A DNA stretch of 64,000 nt from Escherichia coli (GCF_046105845.1 NZ_CP151004.1), one strand, 5' to 3'. Positions 14,358 to 29,646 are shown, counted from the stretch's first letter. A program made the numbers and translations. The notes: a model not told the origin generated them from the sequence alone.

Positions 14358-14413
14358 GTCAAAATGACTATCAATCAAATGGTCGATATGACAATATCTA
14401 TAGTCAAATTGAC
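14358..14413. promoter_or_regulatory. Three NorR enhancer sites (GT-N7-AC inverted repeats)
   Basis: gtcaaaatgac (14358..14368), gtcgatatgac (14382..14392), gtcaaattgac (14403..14413) upstream of the sigma-54 promoter. Confidence 0.7.
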
Positions 14414-14425
14414 AGTGAGGCAAAG

Positions 14426-15940
14426 ATGAGTTTTTCCGTTGATGTGCTGGCGAATATCGCCATCGAATTGCAGCGTGGGATTGGTCATCAGGATCGTTTT
14501 CAGCGCCTGATCACCACGCTGCGTCAGGTGCTGGAGTGCGATGCGTCTGCATTGCTACGTTACGACTCGCGGCAGTTTATTCCGCTTGCCATCGACGGGC
14601 TGGCAAAGGATGTACTTGGTAGACGCTTTGCGCTGGAAGGTCATCCACGGCTGGAAGCGATTGCCCGCGCCGGGGACGTGGTGCGCTTTCCCGCAGACAG
14701 CGAATTGCCCGATCCCTATGACGGTTTGATTCCCGGGCAGGAGAGTCTGAAGGTTCACGCCTGCGTTGGTCTGCCATTGTTTGCCGGGCAAAACCTGATC
14801 GGCGCATTGACGCTCGACGGGATGCAGCCCGATCAGTTCGATGTTTTCAGCGACGAAGAGTTACGCCTGATTGCCGCGCTGGCGGCGGGAGCGTTAAGCA
14901 ATGCGTTGCTGATTGAGCAACTGGAAAGCCAGAATATGCTGCCGGGCGATGCCGCGCCGTTTGAAGCGGTGAAACAGACGCAGATGATTGGCTTGTCGCC
15001 AGGCATGACGCAATTGAAAAAAGAGATTGAGATTGTGGCGGCGTCCGATCTCAACGTCCTGATCAGCGGTGAGACGGGAACCGGTAAGGAGCTGGTGGCG
15101 AAAGCGATTCATGAAGCCTCGCCACGGGCGGTGAATCCGCTGGTCTATCTCAACTGTGCCGCACTGCCGGAAAGTGTGGCGGAAAGTGAACTGTTCGGGC
15201 ATGTGAAAGGGGCGTTTACTGGCGCTATCAGTAACCGCAGCGGGAAGTTTGAAATGGCGGATAACGGCACACTGTTTCTCGATGAGATCGGCGAGTTGTC
15301 GTTGGCATTGCAGGCCAAGCTGCTGAGGGTGTTGCAGTATGGCGATATTCAGCGCGTTGGCGATGACCGCAGTTTGCGGGTCGATGTGCGCGTGCTGGCG
15401 GCGACTAACCGTGACTTACGGGAAGAGGTACTGGCAGGGCGATTTCGCGCCGATTTGTTTCATCGCCTGAGCGTGTTTCCACTTTCAGTGCCGCCGCTGC
15501 GTGAGCGGGGCGATGATGTCATTCTGCTGGCGGGGTATTTCTGCGAGCAGTGTCGTTTGCGGCTGGGGCTCTCCCGCGTGGTATTAAGCGCCGGAGCGCG
15601 AAATTTACTGCAACACTACAGTTTTCCGGGGAACGTGCGTGAACTGGAACATGCTATTTATCGGGCGGTAGTGCTGGCGAGAGCGACCCGCAGCGGCGAT
15701 GAAGTGATTCTTGAGGCGCAACATTTTGCTTTTCCTGAGGTGACGTTGCCGCCGCCAGAAGCGGCGGCGGTGCTCGTTGTTAAGCAAAATCTGCGTGAAG
15801 CGACAGAAGCGTTCCAGCGTGAAACCATTCGCCAGGCACTGGCACAAAATCATCACAACTGGGCTGCCTGCGCGCGAATGCTGGAAACTGACGTCGCCAA
15901 CCTGCATCGGCTGGCGAAACGTCTGGGATTGAAGGATTAA
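14426..15940 (+). CDS. norR: Sigma-54-dependent NO-responsive transcriptional activator
   Basis: GAF-AAA+ (GETGTGKE Walker A, GAFTGA)-HTH architecture; start at MSFSVDVL. Confidence 0.92.
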   Translation: MSFSVDVLANIAIELQRGIGHQDRFQRLITTLRQVLECDASALLRYDSRQFIPLAIDGLAKDVLGRRFALEGHPRLEAIARAGDVVRFPADSELPDPYDGLIPGQESLKVHACVGLPLFAGQNLIGALTLDGMQPDQFDVFSDEELRLIAALAAGALSNALLIEQLESQNMLPGDAAPFEAVKQTQMIGLSPGMTQLKKEIEIVAASDLNVLISGETGTGKELVAKAIHEASPRAVNPLVYLNCAALPESVAESELFGHVKGAFTGAISNRSGKFEMADNGTLFLDEIGELSLALQAKLLRVLQYGDIQRVGDDRSLRVDVRVLAATNRDLREEVLAGRFRADLFHRLSVFPLSVPPLRERGDDVILLAGYFCEQCRLRLGLSRVVLSAGARNLLQHYSFPGNVRELEHAIYRAVVLARATRSGDEVILEAQHFAFPEVTLPPPEAAAVLVVKQNLREATEAFQRETIRQALAQNHHNWAACARMLETDVANLHRLAKRLGLKD

Positions 15941-16902
15941 ATAATCCCGGCCTGATAGAAATCCTGCAGGTTAATTGCGCCGGTGAGTTTGCCGTTTTCA
16001 TCCACCACCGGTGCGGCAGTGATTTTGCGCTTCATCAGGATCTCTTTGGCGTCGATGGCGCGACTTTGTGCCTGTAATGTGGTGCCGCCTGTCGTCATCG
16101 CTTCATTAACTGGCGTGGTGAGTGCGCCGCCGCCAACCAGCCAGCGACGTAAATCGCCGTCGGTAAAGACGCCTTGTACCTGTTGTTGAGCGTCACATAC
16201 CGCCACCAGCCCCAGACCGGTGCGACTGAGCTCCAGCATCGCATCCATCACGCTGGCGGTTAACGCTACCTGCGGGATAGCGTCATCACGGCGCATCAGA
16301 TGATGCACTTTATTCAGCAAGCGAGCGCCCAGTGCCCCGGCTGGGTGGGAGCGGGCAAAATCTTCTTCATTAAATCCGCGCGCCTGCATGACCGCCATCG
16401 CCAGCGCGTCACCCATCATCAGGGTATTGACGGTGCTGGAGGTCGGCGCAAGGTGCATCGGGCAGGCTTCGCGTTCTACGGAGATATCCAGCACCGCTTT
16501 CGCCGCCAGGCCCAGCGGTGACGTCGGTTTGCCGGTCATCGCCAGCAGCGCGATAGATTTATCTTCCAGACGCGGAATAATCAGATCCAGTTCCTTCGCG
16601 CCACCGGAGTAAGAGATAAACAGCATCACATCGCGGCTTTCAATCATCCCCAGATCGCCGTGCAGTGCTTCTGCCGGATGGACAAAAAAAGCCGGTGTGC
16701 CAGTGCTGGCAAGCGTTGCGGCGATTTTCTTACCTATGTGGCCCGATTTGCCAATTCCCGAAACCACCACTTTGCCTTCGCAGTGCAGGATGATATTGGC
16801 GGCGCGAACAAAATCATCGCCCAGACGTTCCGGTAAACGGCTTGCTTCCTGCAACTCCAGCATTAACGTCTGACGTCCCGCGTTCAGTAGTGCTTCACTC
16901 AT
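15937..16902 (-). CDS. gutQ: Arabinose-5-phosphate isomerase (SIS + CBS domains)
   Basis: 321 aa; stop overlaps the norR stop on the opposite strand. Confidence 0.9.
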   Translation of the reverse strand: MSEALLNAGRQTLMLELQEASRLPERLGDDFVRAANIILHCEGKVVVSGIGKSGHIGKKIAATLASTGTPAFFVHPAEALHGDLGMIESRDVMLFISYSGGAKELDLIIPRLEDKSIALLAMTGKPTSPLGLAAKAVLDISVEREACPMHLAPTSSTVNTLMMGDALAMAVMQARGFNEEDFARSHPAGALGARLLNKVHHLMRRDDAIPQVALTASVMDAMLELSRTGLGLVAVCDAQQQVQGVFTDGDLRRWLVGGGALTTPVNEAMTTGGTTLQAQSRAIDAKEILMKRKITAAPVVDENGKLTGAINLQDFYQAGII

Positions 16903-17668
16903 TGCTCTCTCCGGTTATGATCACATCGATCCCTTTCTTTTCCAGCGCCTGACGAAACGCTGGATCGATACCTGCGTCGGTAATTAGCTTATCGACGCTT
17001 TCAAGACTGCAAACTACGTTGGGGCTTTTACGGCCAAACTTTGATGAGTCCGCCATCAAAATCACTTCGCGAGCGGCATTGCACATTGCCTTACTGACGG
17101 TATAAACCTCGTTGAACGTGGTTACGCCCGCATTGAGATCGATGCCGTCGGTGCCCATAAACAATTTATCGAAGGTGAAATGCTCGAAGGCATTCTCTGC
17201 CAGTTGCCCGTGAAATGAGGCCGATTTTTTACGAAATGTTCCGCCTGGCATCAGGATAGTTTGTTCGTTATCCAGTTCGGATAGCGCATTGACGATATGC
17301 AGGCTGTTGGTCATCACTGTGATGTTATTAAAGCGCGAGAGCAGGGGAACCATCTGCAAAACGGTACTGCCAGCATCAAGAATGATCGAATCGCCATCAT
17401 GGATAAAACTAACGGCAGCTTCTGCAATCAGCTCTTTCTTGTGGGTGTTGATGAGTGTTTTATGATCGATAGGCGGATCGGATTCCTCTTTATTCAACAC
17501 CACTCCGCCATAAGTACGAATGACGGTTCCGGCATGTTCCAGAATGACCAGATCTTTGCGGATGGTTGTGCCTGTGGTGTCAAAGTATTGCGCCAATTCT
17601 TCAACCGAGCATTTACCCTGCTTTTGCAGATACTCCAGAATGGCGGCCTGACGCTGACGAGGTTTCAT
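16895..17668 (-). CDS. srlR: DeoR-family glucitol operon repressor
   Basis: 257 aa; N-terminal HTH ([24 protein letters not shown]). Confidence 0.9.
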   Translation of the reverse strand: MKPRQRQAAILEYLQKQGKCSVEELAQYFDTTGTTIRKDLVILEHAGTVIRTYGGVVLNKEESDPPIDHKTLINTHKKELIAEAAVSFIHDGDSIILDAGSTVLQMVPLLSRFNNITVMTNSLHIVNALSELDNEQTILMPGGTFRKKSASFHGQLAENAFEHFTFDKLFMGTDGIDLNAGVTTFNEVYTVSKAMCNAAREVILMADSSKFGRKSPNVVCSLESVDKLITDAGIDPAFRQALEKKGIDVIITGESNE

Positions 17669-17734
17669 GGGCGTGATTACCTGATTTAGGTTTCAAAATG
17701 ATAACTTCGCAAGCAAGTAACATTCACAACGAAA

Positions 17735-18094
17735 TTATCCACGTTTCAGTTTAAGCGCCAATGATAGAGCATTCTGTGATAGTGGATCATGGGGAAAGAT
17801 CACATCGGGCTGTAAATCACCCGCATACATACCGGTAATTGCGGGAATTTTTTGCGGTCGGGCGAAGACGGTCAGTCCTTTCATAAACAAGGTGTCGACG
17901 ATGCGTTGCTGATCGTCCAGGGCGATGGCGACCACGACCCGCGGTTTAAAGCGCCCGCTGGAACGGCCCACGCCAACCCGCCCTTGCTGGCATAGTGTGT
18001 CGAAGGCACGGTTAAAACGAGAAATTTGCCAACCGCCTAAGGCCAGTTGCGCACACCAGGCGATAACGGCGACGGTGATGAGTGCGGATACCAT
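17735..18094 (-). CDS. gutM: Glucitol operon activator
   Basis: 119 aa, position between srlD and srlR. Confidence 0.85.
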   Translation of the reverse strand: MVSALITVAVIAWCAQLALGGWQISRFNRAFDTLCQQGRVGVGRSSGRFKPRVVVAIALDDQQRIVDTLFMKGLTVFARPQKIPAITGMYAGDLQPDVIFPHDPLSQNALSLALKLKRG

Positions 18095-18127
18095 AACTTT
18101 TCCTTAATGTAGTGGCGGAAGTCCTGT

Positions 18128-18156
18128 ATGCCTGATGAGCGTAGCGCATCAGGCAT
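18128..18156. repeat. REP-like palindromic unit
   Basis: atgcctgatgagcgtagcgcatcaggcat, perfect 10-bp arms; srlD-gutM intergenic. Confidence 0.6.
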
Positions 18157-18199
18157 TCTATTAGTCGCGCGGAGATCCTTAAAAGATCTCCGCTGTTGA

Positions 18200-19354
<1,155 letters not shown>

Positions 19355-19364
19355 GTTTCAGCCT

Positions 19365-20902
<1,538 letters not shown>

Positions 20903-21139
20903 TTATTGTTTTATTACCAAACGGCAACCTAATCTAATCAGATTGAAAGATTTAAAAGTGTTATTTTGATCGCAAAATGAAAGATAAATATTTTAACTTG
21001 AAAGTTTAAATAAAAGGATAGCGAGGAGAATGAGTTGAGTTATGTAAAGTCCGTATCGGGCAGTGACTACCGCTTCCTTGTGCGGGGCGTGATGCTTTAC
21101 CATACTTGCCCCTGGTTGAATCTGTTAAATGGACCCCTC

Positions 21140-22225
21140 ATGTTCAAGCGTCGTTATGTAACATTGCTTCCCCTTTTTGTGTTGCTTGCCGCCTGTAGCA
21201 GCAAGCCAAAACCTACTGAGACTGAAACGACCACCGGAACGCCGTCTGGCGGCTTCCTGCTTGAGCCGCAGCACAATGTGATGCAGATGGGCGGCGATTT
21301 CGCTAATAACCCGAATGCCCAGCAGTTCATCGACAAAATGGTGAACAAACACGGTTTCGATCGTCAGCAGTTGCAGGAAATTCTCTCCCAGGCGAAACGT
21401 CTGGATTCGGTACTGCGGCTGATGGATAACCAGGCACCAACCACATCGGTGAAACCGCCATCAGGTCCGAACGGCGCATGGCTGCGTTATCGCAAAAAAT
21501 TTATTACGCCGGACAACGTGCAGAACGGTGTGGTTTTCTGGAATCAGTATGAAGATGCGTTGAATCGCGCGTGGCAGGTGTATGGTGTACCGCCGGAAAT
21601 TATCGTCGGGATTATCGGCGTTGAAACCCGCTGGGGGCGCGTGATGGGGAAAACTCGCATCCTCGATGCGCTGGCAACGCTGTCATTTAACTACCCACGC
21701 CGCGCGGAGTATTTTTCTGGCGAGCTGGAAACCTTCCTGCTGATGGCGCGCGACGAGCAGGACGATCCGCTCAATCTGAAAGGTTCCTTTGCCGGGGCGA
21801 TGGGCTACGGACAGTTTATGCCGTCGTCTTACAAACAATACGCGGTAGATTTCAGCGGCGACGGGCATATCAACCTGTGGGATCCGGTTGATGCCATTGG
21901 TAGTGTGGCGAACTATTTCAAAGCGCACGGCTGGGTGAAAGGTGATCAGGTTGCGGTGATGGCAAACGGTCAGGCTCCAGGCTTGCCAAATGGCTTCAAA
22001 ACCAAGTACAGCATTTCGCAGCTTGCCGCGGCAGGTTTAACGCCACAGCAGCCGCTGGGCAACCATCAACAAGCCAGCCTGCTGCGTCTGGATGTCGGTA
22101 CCGGTTACCAGTACTGGTACGGTCTGCCGAACTTCTACACCATCACCCGTTACAACCACAGTACCCATTACGCAATGGCGGTCTGGCAGTTAGGACAAGC
22201 CGTGGCGCTGGCGCGCGTGCAGTAA
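21140..22225 (+). CDS. mltB: Membrane-bound lytic murein transglycosylase B
   Basis: Lipoprotein signal MFKRRYVTLLPLFVLLAACSS; start moved from ORF-track 21035 to 21140. Confidence 0.9.
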   Translation: MFKRRYVTLLPLFVLLAACSSKPKPTETETTTGTPSGGFLLEPQHNVMQMGGDFANNPNAQQFIDKMVNKHGFDRQQLQEILSQAKRLDSVLRLMDNQAPTTSVKPPSGPNGAWLRYRKKFITPDNVQNGVVFWNQYEDALNRAWQVYGVPPEIIVGIIGVETRWGRVMGKTRILDALATLSFNYPRRAEYFSGELETFLLMARDEQDDPLNLKGSFAGAMGYGQFMPSSYKQYAVDFSGDGHINLWDPVDAIGSVANYFKAHGWVKGDQVAVMANGQAPGLPNGFKTKYSISQLAAAGLTPQQPLGNHQQASLLRLDVGTGYQYWYGLPNFYTITRYNHSTHYAMAVWQLGQAVALARVQ

Positions 22226-22369
22226 CTATTTGCAAGAGGGGAGCGTGAGCTTCCCTCTGGCTAATCAGCTTTTTTCTGAATCCTCCTCGTAAAATTGCAA
22301 CGCCAACACCATCTTCCTGACGAAAGTGCTATCTTGTCCGGCATAAATTTTTGACTGACAGAGGTTGTG

Positions 22370-22863
22370 ATGACTGACAGTGAACTGATGCAGTTAAGCG
22401 AACAGGTTGGGCAGGCGCTGAAAGCCCGTGGCGCAACCGTAACAACTGCTGAGTCTTGTACCGGTGGTTGGGTAGCGAAAGTGATTACCGATATTGCCGG
22501 CAGTTCCGCCTGGTTTGAACGCGGATTTGTCACCTACAGTAACGAAGCGAAAGCGCAAATGATCGGTGTACGCGAAGAGACGCTGGCGCAGCATGGCGCG
22601 GTGAGCGAACCTGTCGTGGTGGAAATGGCGATAGGCGCACTGAAAGCGGCTCGTGCTGATTATGCCGTGTCTATTAGTGGTATCGCCGGGCCGGATGGCG
22701 GCAGTGAAGAGAAGCCTGTCGGCACCGTCTGGTTTGCTTTTGCCACTGCCCGTGGTGAAGGCATTACCCGGCGGGAATGCTTCAGCGGTGACCGTGATGC
22801 GGTACGTCGTCAGGCTACTGCGTATGCATTGCAGACCTTGTGGCAACAATTTCTACAAAACAC

Positions 22864-22867
<4 letters not shown>
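22370..22867 (+). CDS. pncC: NMN amidohydrolase (CinA C-terminal domain family)
   Basis: 165 aa beginning MTDSELMQLSEQ; directly upstream of recA. Confidence 0.88.
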
Positions 22868-24008
<1,141 letters not shown>

Positions 24009-24027
24009 TCGTCTTGTTTGATACACA

Positions 24028-24058
24028 AGGGTCGCATCTGCGGCCCTTTTGCTTTTTT
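24028..24058 (+). terminator. Putative intrinsic terminator after recA
   Basis: Imperfect hairpin agggtcgc/gcggccct followed by a T-run. Confidence 0.55.
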
Positions 24059-24076
24059 AAGTTGTAAGGATATGCC

Positions 24077-24577
24077 ATGACAGAATCAACGTCCCGTCGC
24101 CCGGCATATGCTCGCCTGTTGGATCGTGCGGTACGCATTCTGGCGGTGCGCGATCACAGTGAGCAAGAATTGCGACGTAAACTCGCGGCACCGATCATGG
24201 GCAAAAATGGCCCGGAAGAGATTGATGCCACGGCAGAAGATTACGAGCGCGTTATCTCCTGGTGCCATGAACATGGCTATCTCGATGACAGCCGATTTGT
24301 TGCGCGCTTTATCGCCAGCCGTAGCCGCAAAGGTTATGGACCTGCGCGTATTCGTCAGGAACTGAATCAGAAAGGTATTTCCCGCGAAGCGACAGAAAAA
24401 GCGATGCGTGAATGTGACATCGACTGGTGCGCACTGGCGCGCGATCAGGCGACGCGAAAATATGGCGAACCTTTGCCAACTGTCTTTTCAGAAAAAGTTA
24501 AGATCCAGCGTTTTCTGCTCTATCGTGGCTATCTGATGGAAGATATCCAGGATATTTGGCGAAATTTTGCCGACTGA
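24077..24577 (+). CDS. recX: RecA regulator RecX
   Basis: 166 aa immediately downstream of recA. Confidence 0.92.
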   Translation: MTESTSRRPAYARLLDRAVRILAVRDHSEQELRRKLAAPIMGKNGPEEIDATAEDYERVISWCHEHGYLDDSRFVARFIASRSRKGYGPARIRQELNQKGISREATEKAMRECDIDWCALARDQATRKYGEPLPTVFSEKVKIQRFLLYRGYLMEDIQDIWRNFAD

Positions 24578-24705
24578 ACGCATACGGGATTTTACTTCCC
24601 AGTCAAGAAAACTTATCTTATTCCCACTTTTCAGTTACCAGCCGGGCGGTTAACGACACGCAACGGCTGGTAGCGATATTTCGTTAGCTTGATTTCAGGA
24701 TAATT

Positions 24706-27336
24706 ATGAGCAAGAGCACCGCTGAGATCCGTCAGGCGTTTCTCGACTTTTTCCATAGTAAGGGACATCAGGTAGTTGCCAGCAGCTCCCTGGTACCCCA
24801 TAACGACCCAACTTTGTTGTTTACCAACGCCGGGATGAACCAGTTCAAGGATGTGTTCCTTGGGCTCGACAAGCGTAATTATTCCCGCGCTACCACTTCC
24901 CAACGCTGCGTGCGTGCGGGTGGTAAACACAACGACCTGGAAAACGTCGGTTACACCGCGCGTCACCATACCTTCTTCGAAATGCTGGGCAACTTCAGCT
25001 TCGGCGACTATTTCAAACACGATGCCATTCAGTTTGCATGGGAACTGCTGACCAGTGAAAAATGGTTTGCCCTGCCGAAAGAGCGTCTGTGGGTTACCGT
25101 CTATGAAAGCGACGACGAAGCCTACGAAATCTGGGAAAAAGAAGTAGGGATCCCGCGCGAACGTATTATTCGCATCGGCGATAACAAAGGTGCGCCATAC
25201 GCATCTGACAACTTCTGGCAGATGGGTGACACTGGTCCGTGCGGCCCGTGCACCGAAATCTTCTACGATCACGGCGACCACATTTGGGGTGGCCCTCCGG
25301 GAAGCCCGGAAGAAGACGGCGATCGCTACATTGAGATCTGGAACATCGTCTTCATGCAGTTCAACCGCCAGGCAGATGGCACGATGGAACCGCTGCCGAA
25401 GCCGTCTGTAGATACCGGTATGGGTCTGGAGCGTATTGCTGCGGTGCTGCAACACGTTAACTCTAACTATGACATCGACCTGTTCCGCACGCTGATCCAG
25501 GCGGTAGCGAAAGTCACTGGCGCGACCGATCTGAGCAATAAATCGCTGCGCGTAATCGCTGACCACATTCGTTCTTGTGCGTTCCTGATCGCGGATGGCG
25601 TAATGCCGTCCAACGAAAACCGTGGTTATGTACTGCGTCGTATCATTCGTCGCGCAGTGCGTCACGGTAATATGCTCGGCGCGAAAGAAACCTTCTTCTA
25701 CAAACTGGTTGGTCCGCTGATCGACGTTATGGGCTCTGCGGGCGAAGACCTGAAACGCCAGCAGGCGCAGGTTGAGCAGGTGCTGAAGACTGAAGAAGAG
25801 CAGTTTGCCCGTACTCTGGAGCGCGGTCTGGCGCTGCTGGACGAAGAGCTGGCAAAACTTTCTGGTGATACGCTGGATGGTGAAACGGCTTTCCGTCTGT
25901 ACGACACCTATGGCTTCCCGGTTGACCTGACGGCTGATGTTTGTCGTGAGCGCAACATCAAAGTTGACGAAGCTGGATTTGAAGCAGCAATGGAAGAGCA
26001 GCGTCGTCGTGCGCGCGAAGCCAGCGGCTTTGGTGCCGATTACAACGCAATGATCCGTGTTGACAGTGCATCTGAATTTAAAGGCTATGACCATCTGGAA
26101 CTGAACGGCAAAGTGACCGCGCTGTTTGTTGATGGTAAAGCGGTTGATGCCATCAATGCAGGCCAGGAAGCTGTGGTCGTGCTGGATCAAACGCCATTCT
26201 ATGCTGAATCCGGCGGTCAGGTTGGTGATAAAGGCGAACTGAAAGGCGCTAACTTCTCCTTTGCGGTGGAAGATACGCAGAAATACGGCCAGGCGATTGG
26301 TCACATCGGTAAACTTGCTGCGGGTTCTCTGAAAGTGGGCGACGCGGTGCAGGCTGATGTTGATGAAGCTCGTCGCGCCCGTATTCGTCTGAATCACTCC
26401 GCAACGCACCTGATGCACGCGGCGCTGCGCCAGGTTCTGGGTACTCATGTATCGCAGAAAGGTTCACTGGTTAACGACAAAGTGCTGCGCTTCGACTTCT
26501 CACACAACGAAGCGATGAAACCAGAAGAGATTCGTGCGGTCGAAGACCTGGTGAACGCACAGATTCGCCGTAACTTGCCGATTGAAACCAACATCATGGA
26601 TCTCGAAGCGGCGAAAGCGAAAGGTGCGATGGCGCTGTTCGGCGAGAAGTATGATGAGCGCGTACGCGTGCTGAGCATGGGCGATTTCTCCACCGAGCTG
26701 TGTGGCGGTACTCACGCCAGCCGCACTGGTGATATTGGTCTGTTCCGCATCATCTCTGAATCGGGTACTGCTGCAGGCGTTCGTCGTATCGAAGCGGTAA
26801 CCGGAGAAGGCGCTATCGCCACCGTTCATGCAGACAGCGATCGCTTAAACGAAGTCGCGCATCTGCTGAAAGGCGATAGCAATAATCTGGCTGATAAAGT
26901 GCGCTCAGTACTGGAACGTACGCGTCAGCTGGAAAAAGAGTTACAACAGCTTAAAGAACAAGCTGCCGCACAGGAGAGCGCAAATCTTTCCAGTAAGGCA
27001 ATTGATGTTAATGGTGTTAAGCTGTTGGTTAGCGAGCTTAGCGGTGTTGAGCCGAAAATGTTGCGTACCATGGTTGACGATTTAAAAAATCAGCTGGGGT
27101 CGACAATTATCGTGCTGGCAACGGTAGTCGAAGGTAAGGTTTCTCTGATTGCAGGCGTATCTAAGGACGTCACAGATCGTGTGAAAGCAGGGGAACTGAT
27201 TGGTATGGTCGCTCAGCAGGTGGGCGGCAAGGGTGGTGGACGTCCTGACATGGCGCAAGCCGGTGGTACGGATGCTGCGGCCTTACCTGCAGCGTTAGCC
27301 AGTGTGAAAGGCTGGGTCAGCGCGAAATTGCAATAA
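24706..27336 (+). CDS. alaS: Alanine--tRNA ligase
   Basis: 876 aa; class II aaRS motifs; C-terminal [15 protein letters not shown]. Confidence 0.97.
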   Translation: MSKSTAEIRQAFLDFFHSKGHQVVASSSLVPHNDPTLLFTNAGMNQFKDVFLGLDKRNYSRATTSQRCVRAGGKHNDLENVGYTARHHTFFEMLGNFSFGDYFKHDAIQFAWELLTSEKWFALPKERLWVTVYESDDEAYEIWEKEVGIPRERIIRIGDNKGAPYASDNFWQMGDTGPCGPCTEIFYDHGDHIWGGPPGSPEEDGDRYIEIWNIVFMQFNRQADGTMEPLPKPSVDTGMGLERIAAVLQHVNSNYDIDLFRTLIQAVAKVTGATDLSNKSLRVIADHIRSCAFLIADGVMPSNENRGYVLRRIIRRAVRHGNMLGAKETFFYKLVGPLIDVMGSAGEDLKRQQAQVEQVLKTEEEQFARTLERGLALLDEELAKLSGDTLDGETAFRLYDTYGFPVDLTADVCRERNIKVDEAGFEAAMEEQRRRAREASGFGADYNAMIRVDSASEFKGYDHLELNGKVTALFVDGKAVDAINAGQEAVVVLDQTPFYAESGGQVGDKGELKGANFSFAVEDTQKYGQAIGHIGKLAAGSLKVGDAVQADVDEARRARIRLNHSATHLMHAALRQVLGTHVSQKGSLVNDKVLRFDFSHNEAMKPEEIRAVEDLVNAQIRRNLPIETNIMDLEAAKAKGAMALFGEKYDERVRVLSMGDFSTELCGGTHASRTGDIGLFRIISESGTAAGVRRIEAVTGEGAIATVHADSDRLNEVAHLLKGDSNNLADKVRSVLERTRQLEKELQQLKEQAAAQESANLSSKAIDVNGVKLLVSELSGVEPKMLRTMVDDLKNQLGSTIIVLATVVEGKVSLIAGVSKDVTDRVKAGELIGMVAQQVGGKGGGRPDMAQAGGTDAAALPAALASVKGWVSAKLQ

Positions 27337-27570
27337 TATAAGCGTCAGGCAATGCCGTGGACTCGCTTCACGGCATTCGCATTAACGCTATCGACAACGA
27401 TAAAGTCAGGTTGAAGTTGTGTATATCGGCTAAACTTAGGTTTAACAGAATGTAATGCCATGACTGCTTACATGTAATGTGTTTGTCATTGCTTACTTTT
27501 TGGCGTTATATGATGGATAATGCCGGGATACAGAGAGACCCGACTCTTTTAATCTTTCAAGGAGCAAAGA

Positions 27571-27756
27571 ATGCTGATTCTGACTCGTCGAGTTGGTGAG
27601 ACCCTCATGATTGGGGATGAGGTCACCGTGACAGTTTTAGGGGTAAAGGGCAACCAGGTACGTATTGGCGTAAATGCCCCGAAGGAAGTTTCTGTTCACC
27701 GTGAAGAGATCTACCAGCGTATCCAGGCTGAAAAATCCCAGCAGTCCAGTTACTAA
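27571..27756 (+). CDS. csrA: Carbon storage regulator (RNA-binding)
   Basis: 61 aa [48 protein letters not shown]. Confidence 0.97.
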
Positions 27757-27981
27757 TCTTTCCGCGTCTCATCTTTATCGGTGAGACGCACCCTCAAAAT
27801 TTCTTCTTCACTCCATTGTCTTTTCGCTTTACTCCCGTTCATTCAACTTAAGTCTCCATTTTTTTGCATTACTGCTATCTGACAGACCTCCGTTTTTCTG
27901 TTGATAAAACACTCTTTTTGACGTTTTTACAGACTAATTGAGCGTGAAGTGTGCAAACGATAAAAGTGTGGGAAAAATTGT

Positions 27982-28009
27982 TTGACTTATAAGTCTCAGA
28001 AAGTAATAT
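27982..28009 (+). promoter_or_regulatory. Candidate sigma-70 promoter of the serV-arg tRNA operon
   Basis: TTGACT (27982..27987), 16-nt spacer, TAATAT (28004..28009), then a GC-rich discriminator gcgccacgc. Confidence 0.5.
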
Positions 28010-28071
28010 GTGCGCCACGCAGCGACGATGAGCGATAAACAAGTTCTTCGAAGCACTCGTAAGAGGCGTGT

Positions 28072-28164
28072 GGTGAGGTGGCCGAGAGGCTGAAGGCGCT
28101 CCCCTGCTAAGGGAGTATGCGGTCAAAAGCTGCATCCGGGGTTCGAATCCCCGCCTCACCGCCA
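28072..28164 (+). tRNA. serV: tRNA-Ser (anticodon GCU)
   Basis: 93-nt cloverleaf with long variable arm, anticodon loop cuGCUaa, encoded CCA. Confidence 0.9.
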
Positions 28165-28167
28165 TTT

Positions 28168-28244
28168 GCATCCGTAGCTCAGCTGGATAGAGTACTCGGC
28201 TACGAACCGAGCGGTCGGAGGTTCGAATCCTCCCGGATGCACCA
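28168..28244 (+). tRNA. argV: tRNA-Arg (anticodon ACG), copy 1
   Basis: 77 nt gcatccgtagctcag...gatgcacca; anticodon loop cuACGaa. Confidence 0.9.
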
Positions 28245-28378
28245 TATTCTACATATTTTCAGCGATGAAGGTATGGAAGAGGTGGCGGTAATAACCGCAG
28301 GCACTAGGGAGGATAACGTTGCTTTAGCAACGGCCCGAAGGGCGAGCCGCAAGGCGAGTAATCCTCCCGGATGCACCA
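28245..28378 (+). repeat. Inter-tRNA repeat unit ending in a 19-nt copy of the tRNA-Arg 3' end
   Basis: aatcctcccggatgcacca at 28360..28378 identical to the tRNA-Arg 3' end; the unit has a paralogue at 28800..28932. Confidence 0.6.
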
Positions 28379-28442
28379 TCTCTTACTTGATACGGCTTTA
28401 GTAGCGGTATCAAAAAATCTGCAGTAAAGTAAGTTTCCCGAT

Positions 28443-28519
28443 GCATCCGTAGCTCAGCTGGATAGAGTACTCGGCTACGAACCGAGCGGTCGGAGGTTCG
28501 AATCCTCCCGGATGCACCA
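28443..28519 (+). tRNA. argY: tRNA-Arg (ACG), copy 2
   Basis: Identical 77-nt tRNA-Arg sequence. Confidence 0.88.
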
Positions 28520-28582
28520 TCTCTTACTTGATATGGCTTTAGTAGCGATATCAATATCAGCAGTAAAATAAATTTTCCCGAT

Positions 28583-28659
28583 GCATCCGTAGCTCAGCTG
28601 GATAGAGTACTCGGCTACGAACCGAGCGGTCGGAGGTTCGAATCCTCCCGGATGCACCA
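28583..28659 (+). tRNA. argZ: tRNA-Arg (ACG), copy 3
   Basis: Identical 77-nt tRNA-Arg sequence. Confidence 0.88.
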
Positions 28660-28722
28660 TCTCTTACTTGATATGGCTTTAGTAGCGATATCAATATCAG
28701 CAGTAAAATAAGTTTTCCCGAT

Positions 28723-28799
28723 GCATCCGTAGCTCAGCTGGATAGAGTACTCGGCTACGAACCGAGCGGTCGGAGGTTCGAATCCTCCCGGATGCACCA
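28723..28799 (+). tRNA. argQ: tRNA-Arg (ACG), copy 4
   Basis: Identical 77-nt tRNA-Arg sequence. Confidence 0.88.
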
Positions 28800-28932
28800 T
28801 ATTCTCCGAAATCTTCAGCAATAAAGGTATCGAAGAGGTAGCGGAATTAACCGCAGGCACCAGGGAGGATAACGTTGCGCCAGCAACGGCCCGAAGGGCG
28901 AACGCCAGTGAGTCATCCTCCCGGATGCACCA
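28800..28932 (+). repeat. Second copy of the inter-tRNA repeat unit with a tRNA-Arg 3'-end fragment
   Basis: atcctcccggatgcacca at 28915..28932; the preceding ~115 nt are paralogous to 28245..28360. Confidence 0.6.
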
Positions 28933-29079
28933 TCTTCTCCAAAAAATTTCCTTCAAAAATATCTCATTTCTAAATAACTACTTTATCCATTTCCTGAATA
29001 TTCTTCTCCTTCGCCATCAGCGACAAAATCAAGCAATTACGCTAAAGTAGCGTCATATTTTTCGACTTGCGAGAAGACC

Positions 29080-29646
29080 ATGTACGAGCGTTATGCAGGT
29101 TTAATTTTTGATATGGATGGCACCATCCTGGATACGGAGCCTACGCACCGTAAAGCGTGGCGCGAAGTATTAGGGCACTACGGTCTTCAGTACGATGTTC
29201 AGGCAATGATTGCGCTTAATGGCTCGCCCACCTGGCGTATTGCTCAGGCGATTATTGAGCTGAATCAGGCCGATCTCGACCCGCATGCGTTAGCGCGTGA
29301 AAAAACAGAAGCAGTAAGAAGTATGCTGCTGGATAGCGTCGAGCCGCTTCCTCTTGTCGAAGTGGTGAAAAGTTGGCATGGTCGTCGCCCAATGGCTGTA
29401 GGAACGGGGAGTGAAAGCGCCATCGCTGAGGCATTGCTGGCGCACCTGGGGTTACGCCATTATTTTGACGCCGTCGTCGCTGCCGATCACGTCAAACATC
29501 ATAAACCTGCGCCAGACACATTTTTGTTGTGCGCGCAGCGTATGGGCGTGCAACCGACGCAGTGTGTGGTCTTTGAAGATGCCGATTTCGGTATTCAGGC
29601 GGCCCTTGCAGCAGGCATGGACGCCGTGGATGTTCGCTTGCTGTGA
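29080..29646 (+). CDS. yqaB: HAD-family sugar phosphatase (fructose-1-phosphatase)
   Basis: HAD motif I LIFDMDGTILDTE; 188 aa. Confidence 0.88.
   Translation: MYERYAGLIFDMDGTILDTEPTHRKAWREVLGHYGLQYDVQAMIALNGSPTWRIAQAIIELNQADLDPHALAREKTEAVRSMLLDSVEPLPLVEVVKSWHGRRPMAVGTGSESAIAEALLAHLGLRHYFDAVVAADHVKHHKPAPDTFLLCAQRMGVQPTQCVVFEDADFGIQAALAAGMDAVDVRLL

Noticed and set aside
24631-26448. 605-aa ORF antisense to alaS
   Set aside because: Lies entirely within the unmistakable alaS frame on the opposite strand; the translation is low-complexity with no motifs. Long antisense ORFs are common opposite GC-rich genes.
27351-27377. Hairpin after alaS as an intrinsic terminator
   Set aside because: Stem is clear but no T-tract follows; not called.
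28072-28932. Possible CRISPR-like repeat-spacer array
   Set aside because: The repeats are 77-nt tRNA-Arg genes with cloverleaf structure and encoded CCA, not 28-37-bp CRISPR repeats, and no cas genes are nearby.
28117-28956. ORF-track entries (94, 76, 61, 113 aa) across the tRNA-Arg array
   Set aside because: They overlap tRNA genes and their spacers; the repeated peptide segments simply reflect the tandem tRNA repeats.
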